Part shown: positions 24,001 through 37,000 of the stretch, piece after piece | Layout: each line of letters starts with the position of its first letter | Numbering within the stretch: the first letter of the stretch is position 1 | Assembly: GCA_037447605.1 (NCBI GenBank) | Contig: CM074811.1 | Coordinates: 2,232,001-2,296,000, forward strand | Direction of reading: 5' to 3' | Length of the DNA stretch: 64,000 nt | Source of the DNA: Zygnema circumcarinatum SAG 698-1b | Lineage: Eukaryota; Plantae; Zygnematophyceae | Notes under the pieces: model-generated | What the model saw: only the letters and a program-made list of their open reading frames with translations | Databases searched by the model: none | What the model was told of the DNA's origin: nothing | Translations under genes and position numbers: made by a program

Positions 24001-24428
24001 AATGAGAATCATTGTTCTTCTTGTAGTTGACAGTTCTCTTGCCGTCACCGAAAGGGCGACTAATAGCTTTCGACTTGATATGACAAAAGTCTGGTAAATG
24101 TCTAACAGTTTTGCCAAAAAATGAATTTTCAAAAGCAATGGGGAAACATTCGCAAGCAGGTCGCGTATCAAACTTCGCAGTTTCATGCTTTGAGTTGAAC
24201 AAATATTTTGCAACGAGAACCAGGAAGTTCCCAGCTGGCACTAGGGGATTGAAAACCCGCGTTTCCATTCCTGCAAACAAGACACGCCGCGGTTGCTCTG
24301 GTTCATAGACTAGTCAAAGACAGCATACCGTCGCTTTCTAGCGTTCTTGATTCCCCTTGATAAACACTGGAAAGCAATGTCGCCAGAGCTATCCATTTTA
24401 TTGTCGAGCATATGATTCCTCCAGCCAT
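15053..24428 (-). CDS. LRR receptor-like kinase with Pro-rich and ALE2-N-like ectodomain modules and STRUBBELIG/SRF-type atypical kinase
   Basis: Exons: 24428-24329 (signal peptide), 23820-23685 (LRRNT, W..DPC..W.GI.C), 72-nt LRR exons 23382-23311, 22894-22823 and 22588-22517, then 22317-22183, possibly 21336-21247, 21020-19829 (Pro-rich), 19288-19039, 18630-18415 ([11 protein letters not shown]), 18115-17667, 17142-16874, 16648-16510, 16280-16153, 15604-15445, 15184-15053. All phases are consistent. Kinase has SRF hallmarks ([30 protein letters not shown]). Confidence 0.88.
20601..20768 (-). repeat. Coding 24-bp tandem repeat, 7 copies, encoding PPTPSPLV
   Basis: Unit ggaggaacaaggggagagggagtt on + strand repeated 7 times with few substitutions, inside the Pro-rich RLK exon. 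Confidence 0.95.
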
Positions 24429-24777
24429 GCTCAGCTTAGCTCTTGATTTCCAAGCTTCAGCGTGTGCGCCTCTGGTCGTTTACTCCGGCAGTGAGCAGTC
24501 GATCTCTTGTTTCCTCTTACTGATCCACACGCTAAGGTACCTCCGCCTCCTCTAGTTCCAAAGCTCGTCTATTACCACAGCAATTCCCCCAGTCCACTCG
24601 CAACGCTGACACCACAGTGTTTTTCTCTCAACCACCCACATATTCCTCCTTCCGCTCACCAACCTCCCCCTGTCACCTGCCGTCAATACGCTTCTCAAAC
24701 GTCAATCCCCTCTCCCAGTCCCAGTCCCCCTCCCACACTGCCTCCTGCTCTACCTTCCCTGCCTGCCGCCAGCCCTT

Positions 24778-24778
<1 letters not shown>

Positions 24779-24805
<27 letters not shown>
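24779..24805. repeat. (CAG)9 microsatellite upstream of the RLK start
   Basis: Read directly. Confidence 0.9.
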
Positions 24806-24808
<3 letters not shown>

Positions 24809-24859
24809 GCGCGAGGTCGATCTGCAGTGCCTACGGGTCCCGTCCTCTGGCTCCTTCCT

Positions 24860-25560
24860 CTCCAGCAGTGCCGCGCCGGGCCGTGCCGCAGTGGCGGGGG
24901 GCGGGGGGTGGGACGGGATCCGCTCCGTCTTACGGTACCTCTGACAGCCCGCGCCCGCCGCCAGCCCGCCAGAGCCAGCCACCGCCACAAAGCTCATCCT
25001 CCGGAACCGGAGGGAGGGCGAGAGGCGCCCGTCCGTACGGCCCGGCCCCGGCGCTGTGGTGGGCCTGCCTGCCTGCCTGCCTGCCAGGAGGAGGCCCGGG
25101 ACCGCTCCAGTTCCGATCCGATTCGATCCGTTCCGCGACCCACGCCGTGTGAACGCGCACAGGACAGGCCCGGGCTCGGTCCTGCCTCGTCCGTACAGTG
25201 CGAGCATCGCGGCTGGCCGTTGTTGACCTCGTGTGAACGCGGAAAATAGAGCGGCCTGGCCCACTGCCAGGCGTACGGCTAGGTACGGTACGGTACGGCC
25301 TCCGCGGCGGCTCGTAACGGGCCTCTGCGCGCGATCCGGCGGGAGGGGCGGCGCGGGGCCTGGGGGGCGGAGCGGGCCCTGTGTCGGAACTCGGGCAGGG
25401 GCGGCGGGCGGGCGCGATCGCGACTGGACTGGACTGGACTGGACTGGGCAAGACGCCGCGCGGCTCAAAGTTTGAATTGGGCGAGGGCGGGAGGGCAGCC
25501 GGCCGGCCGCCTGCTGATCATGCACGCATGCCCGCTTGCACAATTCATGCACGCCATGGG
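24860..25560. promoter_or_regulatory. GC-rich island upstream of the RLK gene, rich in GTAC motifs and short tandem repeats
   Basis: CGTACG at 25034 and 25272, (GTACG)3 at 25283-25298, CCGTAC at 25191, plus (CTGC)n and (GACTG)n runs; sits between the divergent RLK and SEC62 genes. Confidence 0.45.
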
Positions 25561-26757
25561 GACGCGTGTTCCGCACGAGATGGCATGGATGATGATGGCA
25601 TGGTCGCTGCTGTATTCTCTCCACGCTGACCACACAACCACAATGGCACCGGCATAGAGGGGGCAGCCTTGCCAAGCTGCTCATGCGAAAACAAGCCTTC
25701 ACCTTTCACTCGCTCAGCCAAGCTTGGAGGCTTGGGAATCTGGACCTATGTCCTCGAGAGCATATCACCGCATGAGGACCTCGGACTGCCATGCTTCCAT
25801 TACATTCTTGCAATGCTGAACCCCCCCAATGATGGTAGAAGGAATGCCTGCGGCCTTGCAAGCACCTCGCCGCCGCACCGACTGAACGAACGAACGAGGC
25901 AATGTTCTTTGCAATCAAAGTACAGAGTCGTAAGTTCTGGCGCTGAGTCCAAGCTTCACAACTCGAGCTACACGGTGTTTTCCTGATATTGACCGCATTA
26001 TTGAAGGAAATATATGCCATGGTCGATGAATCCGTTTGATAGAGTTGACCACTTTAGAAGTTAGTTGTCCAAACATGGCTTGAAAACAGTAATACAGCCA
26101 AACACATTGAAGTGAGTCCAAAAACCATATTCTTCGTGTTGCTAACACATACGCTACGCACTTATTCTCGAGGAAAGCCAAAGGATCAAAAGTTACTACC
26201 ACAAACCAATGCAAGACGCGAGTGGCAATATTGCAGCCAAAGTTGGTCTGAGTTCCATTCAATAGGTTTCAATATATTCCTACACATCTCTCTACCGAAG
26301 CTTATGCTTTCATGGCTCTTCTTTGCAGCGTCGGCCCATACCACATCTTGTTGCTCCATGGGAGGCCGCCGAAAGGAGACCGCTTTTTAACTGAGCCACC
26401 AAAGACGGCTAGGGGCAGGACGTTCCGTGTTGTAAACTAGTTCAACAGAATGTGTAACATCGGCGCAAGGACATGGAGCCGCGCTGCTTTCACGCAACGC
26501 TTTTAGCGCCAGTTCACGTGTTACTGGACTGCGCACTGTGTAGGATGTACATGGAACCTTTGTTTGGCACAGCATCCGGAACGAAGCAATGTGTGAGGGA
26601 TTAGGGTTTGGGCTCAGCACCGGCGGCCATGGCTGCGTAGATTCAACACGGTAATGAGGGCAGTCTTTCAGTGCTTTGAATAAAAGGCTGGCCGGAACTA
26701 ATTTGTAGTTTTTTTTCCACTACACATTTGTGGTTTTTCATCACTTTGTAGAAAGCC

Positions 26758-29655
26758 ATGTCGTCACGGCGGAAAGAGAAGCAGAAGGCTCCGTCGGCTG
26801 CTGCAAAGGTATGGTCCCGCGCTCTCTTTCACTTGTTTCTTCTCCTCTCCCTGCTTTGTGTAAGCGATGGCCTGAAAGGAGTGTCTACAAATGTGTACAG
26901 AAAGTGTAGCTTCAGGAAGGGCTGCATGTGGCTATGTGCTGCGAGAATTGCAGAAACGTAGAAATTTTGAGCTGAAACTTGTTATTTAGACAACTAGCAC
27001 ATGCCAAGGCCTGGCACTCTGCAGAAACTATTGAGCAGTGCGAAGTTAGCGAAAGGCGTCTCCTGGATGCTGCCCGGACCCTGACTTTAGCAGGGACTCC
27101 TTGAATACAGAAGGAAAAGACGATTGATCCCGTGCGCACGTTGGCGGAAAAGGTTCGAGACCACAAGGAGATGGAATCGCGCTGGGCAGTTTTGCAGGTA
27201 AGCTGAAGTCAGATGTAAGGAACGTTGTTTGTTGTAGTTGTAGCAAACAGTGAGAAGCATCGTCAACAAGCCCACAATTCGCCAAGGAAGCATGTGATTA
27301 TAGAGTCTTCACTGACACATAATCGATGAGTAATGCAGCCATTAGCTGTTTCCTAGGGCTCTCTTGAAAGCTTTAGTCGATTGGAGTGGAGTTTTATTGG
27401 GGCCTTTCAGGATCTTTCCTCTTGTTTTTTTATAAATTTTTAATTTATTGGCTGCTGCAGGAGGCGCGTGTTGAATACTTCCGTGGGAAGGATTTCGCCG
27501 CTTTGATTAAAAGCCATCCGGAGCTTCCAGCCTTGGTGGCTGATGTGGGTGGTATCGGAAGTGCACCAAACGAGGAGGATATTGCAGACCTGCTCTTGAG
27601 CCGCAAAATTATTGTGAGGTGCGATAGAATGGTGAAGACAATTCGCCCAGGCAGGAAGAAGTTGTCGAAGTGGCCAGCTCGACTGTTGATACATCCTGTA
27701 AGTTCACCAGCTTTAGCACGGCAAACGTTTCAGTATCGATTGACACAAACATTTCTCATCTGGAAGTGAAGGTTCTTTGAGCAATTTTAAAGATATAAAG
27801 TAAAGGAAGGAAACAAAGGAAAGGATAGTTTCTCCATTTTGTGTCGATGTGATGATATGGCTCTCGTCAAGTTGGAGAAAGAAGTTTGAATAATTTCAAG
27901 CCATGCAAAGGAAAGTTCAGACAGCTTTCAGGGGTTTATAAAGAATATTTTGGCTCTCCTCGATTGAGGGCACAAAGAACTGTAGCTCAGTTCATATGGA
28001 TGATAGCGGACAAGACCTTGCTAGCATTCTTCCTGAAAACGAGGGAACTATGCTGAATCGACTTCTGTCTGCGGAAGGCAGCAGTATGTAATTTCAGCGA
28101 ATGTAGCTAATTTATGCATTCAAAGTTCATTTTAAAGACCTGTTTCCTTATGATATGTAATCGTAAGTGATGGACAAAGCAACAAAAATTCTGAGATCTC
28201 AACTCCTTACCCTTTGTATCCTCCACTTTGCCTTTCTCCAGGATCAGTCATTCACAGAAGCCGACGGATTCTATGCTTGGATGTTTGAGCGACGGAGGCC
28301 CTTTTGGCAAACCCTCCTCTCTTTCATGGTTCCTATTTTTACGGTGGCCTGCTGCCTGTTTCCAGTGTTCCCCCACTGGGCCAAGCTAACTGTTCTCTAC
28401 TCATGCCTCTTCTTTCTAGGCCTCATTTTTGGAGTCCTTTTAGGTGAGCTTGCGAACTGTATCTATCCCGTCTGCACATAAGTCCTCTGCACGCTTCGAG
28501 GATTGTGATTCAGTCACTGCCAAAATGCGATTCTTTGTCGTTTTTTCGAATGACAATCATTCCTTCATCATTCATTCATTTCTCAGATACATTATCCGCA
28601 CGCAGTCTTGTTCAGGACCCTTAGCATCTTTTCTGAAAGGTCCACTGGTCTCGCAATTGTAGAAATGGGTTGAGGGCTGACTTGTTATTGCCCTGTTTCT
28701 GCCTTCTCAGTGCGGTGGCTCGTATTTCTCGTCATTTGGATTCTGGTTGGCAAGAGCGTGTGGTTTTTTCCCAATATACTTGCGGAGGAGGCAACAATGT
28801 CGGAGCTTTTCCGGTTTATGCCCGAAACAGGGAAAGATGAGGACCCGCCCCCAAAGATGACCACCCGGTTAGCTGTCTGCGCCTTCACAGCACTTGTGGT
28901 TTGGCTCAGTGTGCGGCACGCACCCGATGAGAAGGCCCGAGCTCGGTAAGCTGCATGCCTCCTTGAACTAGACTTAGAGTGGAAAAGAAAAGAGCAGGTG
29001 TTGATTGTTTGAAACAGCGAGAACTTCTTGGCTATGAGAGAAGAATGCAAGAGCTCAAGTTGGAAAGAATGCGAAAACTCGAGAACTGTCCCTGCATCGT
29101 ATTCGATTGGACACACTCGGAAAATGGGATCAGGGTACATCGAGATAAGGAAGTTGGGATCCGTCATGCTGAGTGAGACTGATTCTATGTGTTTGATTAA
29201 GTTGGGGCGGCATTGAAACGTTGTAGTTTGGAAAACAGAAGGGATTCACGTCTCTATGTGAAGGTGGGAGGGCAGATTGTGGCATTACCTTTACTGATAT
29301 TGTAAGAAAATTGGGCGGATGCAGGTATCGGAGGAAGGTTGGCAACATCATTGATGATGTGCTCACATGGACCCCGGCAATGCTGGCGGGCAACAAAACG
29401 TCCTTAAATAGCACTGTTTTTGCAGCTCCTCCGCCTGAGAATCAGACAACGGAGGCAAAGGAGAAGCCTGTGCTGAATGAAACAGAACAAATAGAGCAGC
29501 TGTTTGCAAAGGCGGCTGACTTAGCAGGGGACTTAGAGGGTGAGGACCTTGAGGATGAGGCGGATGGAGGAGAGAGCGGAGAGAGTAGAAGTGGGAGCGG
29601 TATGGAAGGAGGGAGTGATGAAGAAGAGAGCGGAATGGGAGAGAGGGAACTGTGA
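26758..29655 (+). CDS. SEC62: Translocation protein SEC62
   Basis: Exons 26758-26808, 27111-27197, 27461-27697, 28242-28443, 28711-28945 and 29325-29655 splice in frame. Plant Sec62 motifs LAEKVRDHKEMESRWAVLQEARVEYFRGKDF, RPGRKKLSKWPARL, WFFPNILAEEAT, RYRRKVGNIIDDVLTW. Confidence 0.95.
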
Positions 29656-30399
29656 GTTACAAGCCAGTTTGTGGGATCGGGAGGTTTTTGCCAAGTTACA
29701 CCTTGCCTCACTACCCCTTCTTTACCCTCTCTCTCTCCTTTTTTTTTTCCTGTTCTTCATTCAAACCCCTTAGGAGAATGATTTGTCGCGCTTTTTCCTG
29801 CATTCCCTAAAAAATTGTGTTTACGCTGCTGGAGTGTTTCTTAGAAACTGCGGATTATTCGCAAGACGGACCTCATGGGCGAGTTCAATGTGAGGAAAAG
29901 TTAGTGATCAACGGAATGGTTTCACCACACGGAGAAGGGAGGGTCCATGTCCTCCAGAACAAACCAGGAGCATTTCTCGTGGTGGGAAGCTTTTCCAACT
30001 TCATGTGCCCCCACGGTTTTGCTGAGAATGTCGCCAAGTCAGAACAACAGACTGCTATACACTCTTATGGAATGACTGCACATTTGCATTGTGACACGGT
30101 CACAACGTGAAACGCAACGGACAAACCATACAGTAGAATTGGTGTGGAGGATATGTGGCAAACTTGTCTCACACTGGAAATTCATTAGTCGTGAAACGAC
30201 CGCTTGACCACTTGATTTGCAACAATGTTCCTGAGCCAACTGACCAGCACGGATAAAAGGCGTGCCTGATGGAGTCCGATCGACTCTGCCTAAGAGGCCA
30301 ATAACAGGCGGCCGCAGCATCCACCTACTAGTAAGGCAAAGCAGAAACAAGCTACAGGTCAAACTTCGGTCTGCGGCTTGTCTCCAGCCATAGCAAGCT

Positions 30400-32810
30400 T
30401 TAAGGCTTGGGAGCTCTCCAAGAAGCTGGCCAGAACCCCACTTTTTTGGCGATGTGGGCCCTTAAATCCTTCACAGCTCCCGCCACCACCACTCTCCCCT
30501 TCTCCATGTATGCACCCCCGTCAGCGTACGCAAGCTCCTCTAGGCGATGAGTCACCCACAGAGCTGTCACTCCTTCTGGGCCACCCACTACTCCCCTGAT
30601 TGCCTCGAGCACTGCCACCTGTTAGGGAAGCAATCACCCACTCCTACCCCATCTCAGTTGCCTGCCATCTAATATAAGAATCAAATTCAACCTAACCCAC
30701 TAAGCATTAACCTGCTCGCGGCTTTTAGGAGCTCCTAAGGCGACACTTCCAAAATTTAGAGGTAGTGTCCTGAGGGCGATACGGGTGCATACCCAACATC
30801 AGCTCGAGGATAGCTGGGGGAAGGGCTATGAAAGCGCACCTGATCCCCTTCATCTAAAAATGTGGTAAGCTCATCAAGAAGCAGCATTCGGCTTCCTTCT
30901 GCGAGAGCTCCTGCAATGGCGACTCGCTGCTTCTGGCCTCCGCTCAATGTCGCCACTGCCCTCTGCGTTCTCCAGTCATTGGCATGCAGTTAATTGGTTT
31001 TAGAAACGCAAAGGAGTTTAGAATTCAGCACAAGAAGAACAAAGATATATATGGTGCCACATTGACTAGTTATGGGGAAGTTTGTCCGTCAAGAGAGTTC
31101 TATATCCATATCAACGATACACAAAAGGAAACGAGTGTACTAAGCAGAGGGTCCTCCTAGAGGAGTCTGTACGCATATTGGTGAAGGCCCTTATTGCGCA
31201 ACACTCAAATGAAATTTGATCCATAGAGTGCTTGCAGGATTTTCTTTTTCAATATCCGAAAAGTTCAAATTAGTCCTTTCTCAGGTTGTACTCAAACTTC
31301 TGTCAGACCTACGTCTGACCGAATGTGATTCAGAACTCTTTGTCATCGTGCTTCATTAATCTAAATGCTGATGCAGGCTCAACCTCAACAAAGTGGCAGA
31401 ATTCCGATTCTGCACCAAAGCAATCAGACTAAAGCCTTGTTGCCAACTCCAAGTGCAAAGGTTGCCAAAAGCAGACCATGCTCACCTCCATGTATTCTTC
31501 CATTCCAACTGCGGCCAGAGCTGCCTCCACTCGCCTTCGCACCTCCGATTCAGGAAGATTTAAATGTCCCAAGCCAAAGGCGACATCTGAGCACACTGTG
31601 GGCATCACCACCTGGAGATTGCCAAGGTCAGGAACAGACATCCCCCAATAGATGCATGACAGGAGAAACGTTCATACTTCATGCAATACAAATATCTCTA
31701 TAGAACACAAGCTGTGGACGCCATGTGTCGTATCTCGGGCAAGCAAGCTGATTGATTGTTAAGATCAGGAGACTACAACCCATAGGCTGAGGCAATGCAA
31801 GCAGGGACTTCGCAAAGCAGACATTTCCAATGCTCACTGTAAGTGCGAATGTCGGAGCACCTGATGGTCAGGATTCTGAAACACGAAACTCCGAGAGCTT
31901 AGAACACGCAATTTTCCCGATGAAGGCTGCAAAAGGCCTGCCAACACCTGCACATTTGTACATAATGCTCGTTGTCTTTTACCCCTTTTTTGGAAATAAA
32001 AGGAAAAAAACATCGTAGCGTTGGTATTACAACTTAACTGGAGGAGCGTGTGATAAAATTCACTTTGTCTGAAAGCTCACCAGTAGGCAAAATTGAAAAA
32101 GAGTATGTACAGGGCTACTATCTATGTCAAAAAGTAGAAAGAGGATGGGGAAGGGAAGGGGATGGATAGTAATGAAGAAGATTGACTTCAATGCGGCGGG
32201 GTATCCATTAATACATAACTCTAGTCAAGGAAAGAATGGAGAGTCGAGACAAATTCACGACTAACCATAGCGAAGAAAGGCAAAATGTGCGGCTCAGAAC
32301 CTTCACCTTCAACAACGTAGACTTTCCGCAACCGTTGGGTCCAAGAAGCATCCAGAATTCGCCCCGTGGAATAGCCAAGGAGCATCTTTTGAGCACAGCC
32401 GCCTCATCCTCCTCCCCTTCTCCCCACCCGCACACCACGTCCTCCATCAGCACTCCCCAGCGACTATCCGTTGCAGGAAGAACCGCCCCTCCTTCGGCTC
32501 CTTTTGCAGATACGATCCTCCGGGCAGGTCCATTGGTCTCGACTCCTCTGACTCCACGAGAGGGTAAAGGATGAGACGCTGCTTGAACAGAGCGATGTCC
32601 TGAATGGCCTCGCCTTCTTTCAGTACAGCAGCACTCTTCGCGGGAATTTATCTTCAGGGCTTTTGACGATTTCCCAGTTCTTGGAATAGGTGTGAGGTTA
32701 AGTCGTTTCTGTAATCCGACCTTCAGTGAAGGTGCAGTCCCAGCAGGCTGACAGTTTGCCGCAATGAGCATCCCGCAAAGACTGGCATTGCAGGTGCTGC
32801 TCATTTCCAC
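30400..32810 (-). CDS. ABCI10: Plastid ABC/ECF-type ATPase (ABCI10/NAP13-like)
   Basis: Exons 32810-32307, 31947-31861, 31611-31486, 30962-30840 and 30618-30400 (3' end uncertain). Walker A GPNGCGKST, FVFQNPDHQVVMPTV, signature LSGGQKQRVAIAGAL, Walker B LLLDE, H-loop WVTHRLEE; Ser/Arg-rich transit-like N-terminus. Confidence 0.88.
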
Positions 32811-34022
32811 TCAGCAATGCAGCTAGTACCGCGTTTGCATCATTGCACCATTCAAAAACTGCAAAAATCCCAAAGAAACACGGCTCTGGCTAGAGAAAGT
32901 TGATGTGAAAGAAAATAAGATACGGAGAACTGAAGGGCGAAATGGCAAAGGCTAAAGACGCGAACGAGAGAGAGATGTGGCTTTGATCTCACGATTGCGA
33001 TGAGGCCATCAAATGTACATGGCCAAAATCAGCATGGGGAAGGAACCACGAGTAACTGGTCGCAAAGGACCTAAGCACAAAAGAAAAATGCTAGGAGTTG
33101 AACGCTACGCAAACCCGTTCGGTGCAGTGGCTGGCGGTGGCAAAGTTGGCCGCGCCTAGAATTCTAGCGGGAAGTCCATTGCCATCGACTAATTATTTGA
33201 AAGGGGGATTGACTTACTAAAGAATGGCTGAGCACTCACCATAAAATTGGCTAAATTTCGGAATATCAAGTGACTCTCGAGTCAATTCTCAACAAATGGT
33301 CGTCGCTTCCCACGCCTTCGATTACCTTCATTATTTATTCATCTTTTGGTTGTCATATTTTAGCCAGTAATCAACTCTATTTAGGTCTCCTTTTGCTAGT
33401 AGTCTACATCCTATTAGGAATGATGTACCCCATGTTAGAGCTTTGTGTTTTGCAGTGACGTCGTTGCTGCAATCGCAGCCCTGCTTCCTCACTTTCAGGC
33501 CTAAGTGAAAAACGAGGCGATGAATACACACTCTACGAATCCACATCCGCGGTCTTGATCAGCTGATGAGTCAGCCAAGGTTCCTTACCGAATTTGCTTT
33601 GCCTCTTCGATACAACGTCACCCATAAGCTGTAGCGCATTCAACATGCCTCCACAGAGATCAGAGCACGCATCACATCCGTCCACTCACAAAATTCTCAC
33701 GGAGGCACGCACCACTCTCACACAAAATGCGTCCACCATCAAACCAAACACTTGACCAGTCTTCAAGTTTGACCATACTTCCATCTCTAAGCGTCTCCTC
33801 CATTCGTTCCAAAAACCCTACAAGTTGTGCTGCAGGCTTCTATCTTATCCCTCCACATCTCTCCCACCTCCAGGGATAGCGCCACAGCTGTTATTGCCTG
33901 AGAGAGCTTCAGGCTCAATAATGGATGTTACGTTTCGAGATCAGTGCGGAAAGACAGGGCACAACCTATCATATCCTGAATGACATCTCCACTGCTGTAC
34001 AACGTTCAGCCTGCCTCGCCTG

Positions 34023-37000
34023 TCAGGGGGCGGCAGCAGGGTACACGGGAATGACAGGCGGCGTGTTGCGCGGAGTGACAGTCATCAACAAGCCCTTTGT
34101 GGTGTGAATGGTGGCCCCAGTTTCCATGTCCACCTGATCATCCCAAACACAGTACTGTATTTCAACAAGGGCCAGAAGTCATCTGCTCTTCTTTGTGGCT
34201 CAACTGTACGCATCAAACCACAAATAGCCACGGCTAGGCTGCGAACTTCTGTGTGAACCACTAGGCAACCCCTTGCTTTCAAGCAGCAAGCAAAGCATGG
34301 AGGACAGTGATAGAGGGAAGGGAAAGGACACTGAAAATCTCACAGGCGGTGCGTTGGGTGCCATCTGGTAGTCAAACCGGCGAATAGTCATTGCAAGCGT
34401 AACAATAAGCTGCATCCGAAGGACGTATTCAAAGGACAGTGTTTCCAGATGATGAGTGATGACAGACAGAAAATTTACCAGGACATGCCTATTGAAAGGA
34501 AGCGTATGAGATGATCAACAGATCCACCATTTCCCAATCTCCGGTGAACAGCAAAGTTGGTTGACCTCTCAATGCAGCACTCCCCAAGGTATCTGAAGAC
34601 CCAACACATACAACTAGTTGGGCTGAAGGCTGACGTACCTCAGACAATGCAAAGACGTCACCTACACATTTGCGAGGTCCACCTCCAAACGGAAGGTAAC
34701 TGCACCTCAATCCCTTGCCTTAACGGATTTAGTCTCATGCACTTCCATGCAACTGAAACCGACCAAGCCGAGTAACCTCATCTTACTGACGTAGTCGAGG
34801 TCCCTTCCAGCTGCTGCTTGAAGAAACAAACCAATAGACTTTAGGTCTTGACCCTTGCAAAGTATTGTACAGTGATGTTCATGGCCCTGCCCCCTCACCT
34901 AAAGTTTTGGGTGACCTCAGTTGGGTCGGGTCCATTTATGTCCCAACGTTCCGGCAAAAAGTCGTCAGGTCGATCCCAATATTTCGCGTTTCGATGAAGA
35001 TTCCACACAGAAATGAATATATCCTGTCCCCTGCAAACCCCATGCCATGCTCTTGCGGTCTAATGAGGTTTCATGTATGGAATAACATGCAGATTTATCT
35101 CTTGCCTGTGGCAATTTTTAAGGAGCGGATTCAGGAAAATGTAGGTGGCAAAATTTGCCGAGATTAGAATCAGCGTGAGCCCACAGTTTCTCTGCCATTT
35201 TCTCCACTTTCTCCTCTTGAGAGTAACCTTTCACATAGTATACAGTGTTTAAAGAATGCATCTCTGCGAGTAAGATGCAGTCGGTAAGACTGCAAGATAT
35301 TAACATCTTGAAATACAATTGATGTCAACTGCCGAGTTGAAATTGTGTACGCAAAGCCAGGAAAATTGTTCCCTATATGCGAACACAATACACACATGCA
35401 ACGGTCGTCTTCATAGACCAACATGATGAAAACAAACTCTAAAACACCCCTCCCCCCTCCCCCCCTCCCCCCNNNNNNNNNNCCCTCCCCCCCTCCCCCC
35501 TTCCCCCCTTCTCACACACACGTTTATGACAGACAGAGTTGGCGAGTTCTACCTTTTGATTGGATAGCCCCCTAGCAAGTCATCCTCTAATGATCTCCGG
35601 ATAAGCACTGGCGGTTGAGGGTACAGGCGCATGGACTGCAAAGAAGGAGAGTCAAACCATCAATATGTCAAAGCAAATTTCAATGTTATTCACCTTCATC
35701 TTCATCTCTGCGAGAACCGCACACGAATCCTTCCATCGCTTGAATATGGCGGAGCTTACGACCGATAACCTCCGTTTCAAGCTGATCTAGTGGTCTCATA
35801 TTAGCATACAGTAAGTACTCAATAATCGCATGCTTACCTCATTGATGACACGCTTAGTGTACTTCAGTTTGCCCAAATCCTCTAAAGTTGGGGTTCGATC
35901 TCCTAGCACACTGTCCACCTGACCCCATCACAAAAGCTTTTAAAGCCATTGATTCATCATCCCTCTGGGATTCCTTAGAAAGAAGTAGAGCCTCCCCGTT
36001 GCTCTAAGACCGAAACAACTCAATTACACAATTGTAGCATAGTCATTGACGAGGTGCACAATGCAGATGAACGCGAAAAGGTGGATGGAGCAAATCTGAA
36101 CAGAAAGTCGTTGTATTTCTGAAACAAGGACTTTTGATAAGAGCGGGTTTGGTGGGCTTAGGGAGGTTGAAAACGCACCTCCGCTTGGAGCTTGGCAGTT
36201 ACTTGAGGATGCTGCAGTGGACGCGTGGCAGACACACAGTCGTCAGATGACAATGCGTTGAGGATCAAAATTTCAAGTAGCAATGGAAGCAGAAAGGGCC
36301 CATACATACTCTTGAGTCAACATCAAAGTCAAACTCGAACCGACACTAAATGGATCTGCAGTCCATTGCGTCTACCAATTGCGCCATTGTGTTGACCTTC
36401 TCTTAGCATGGGAGTTTACAATAAAGCCGCAAGACCGCAACATGCACGCACCAAAGGGAGTAAAAATGTACAATTGCCATTTCTTTGCATATTGGTGACC
36501 TAAATGTTGGAATCAAGTTACTCTTGTTCACAAAATATGCTGCACACTCTGTTGCGGGGGACCATCTGAACGTTTCTTGAGACCATATAGTAGCCATCAC
36601 AATAAACTTTGTGAACAACTTCCCTACCTGACCCACACATGCACAAGTTGCTACTGTGTGCAGCAAAGCTGACCTGAGACAGAAGATAGAAGGTCCATGT
36701 GAGCACGGCTGCTGACGTTTCATGGCCCGCAATGAGCATTGTCATGAGGTCATCTCGCAGCTGCTTGCTAGACACCTGCCCGCCCAGGAAGACATGATTG
36801 GTCCAAAGAATCCGGGAGAGGATACTGTCCTTTGAGGAGAAACGACTGTTCCCACATTTCGTGCAATTTTTGGGGCAGGCAGAGAAGGGTCTTACATCGT
36901 CACCGGACGCAATTAGAAAGCGCAGAATGCTCGGGTCCCCTGCGTTTATGTATTCCTCGCTGAATTCCTCGGCTTCCTCATCCACCATTTTCTGCAATAG

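Noticed and set aside
24695-25702. 335-aa minus-strand ORF and overlapping ORFs in the GC island
   Set aside because: Low-complexity Pro/Arg/Ala translation expected from stop-poor GC-rich DNA; no domain or splice support.
25669-25830. CSC...LGLPCFHYILA resembling a SWIM finger of a Mutator transposase
   Set aside because: Spacing between the Cys pairs is long, and no DDE region or TIRs were found; may be chance. A tBLASTn against MULE transposases would settle it.
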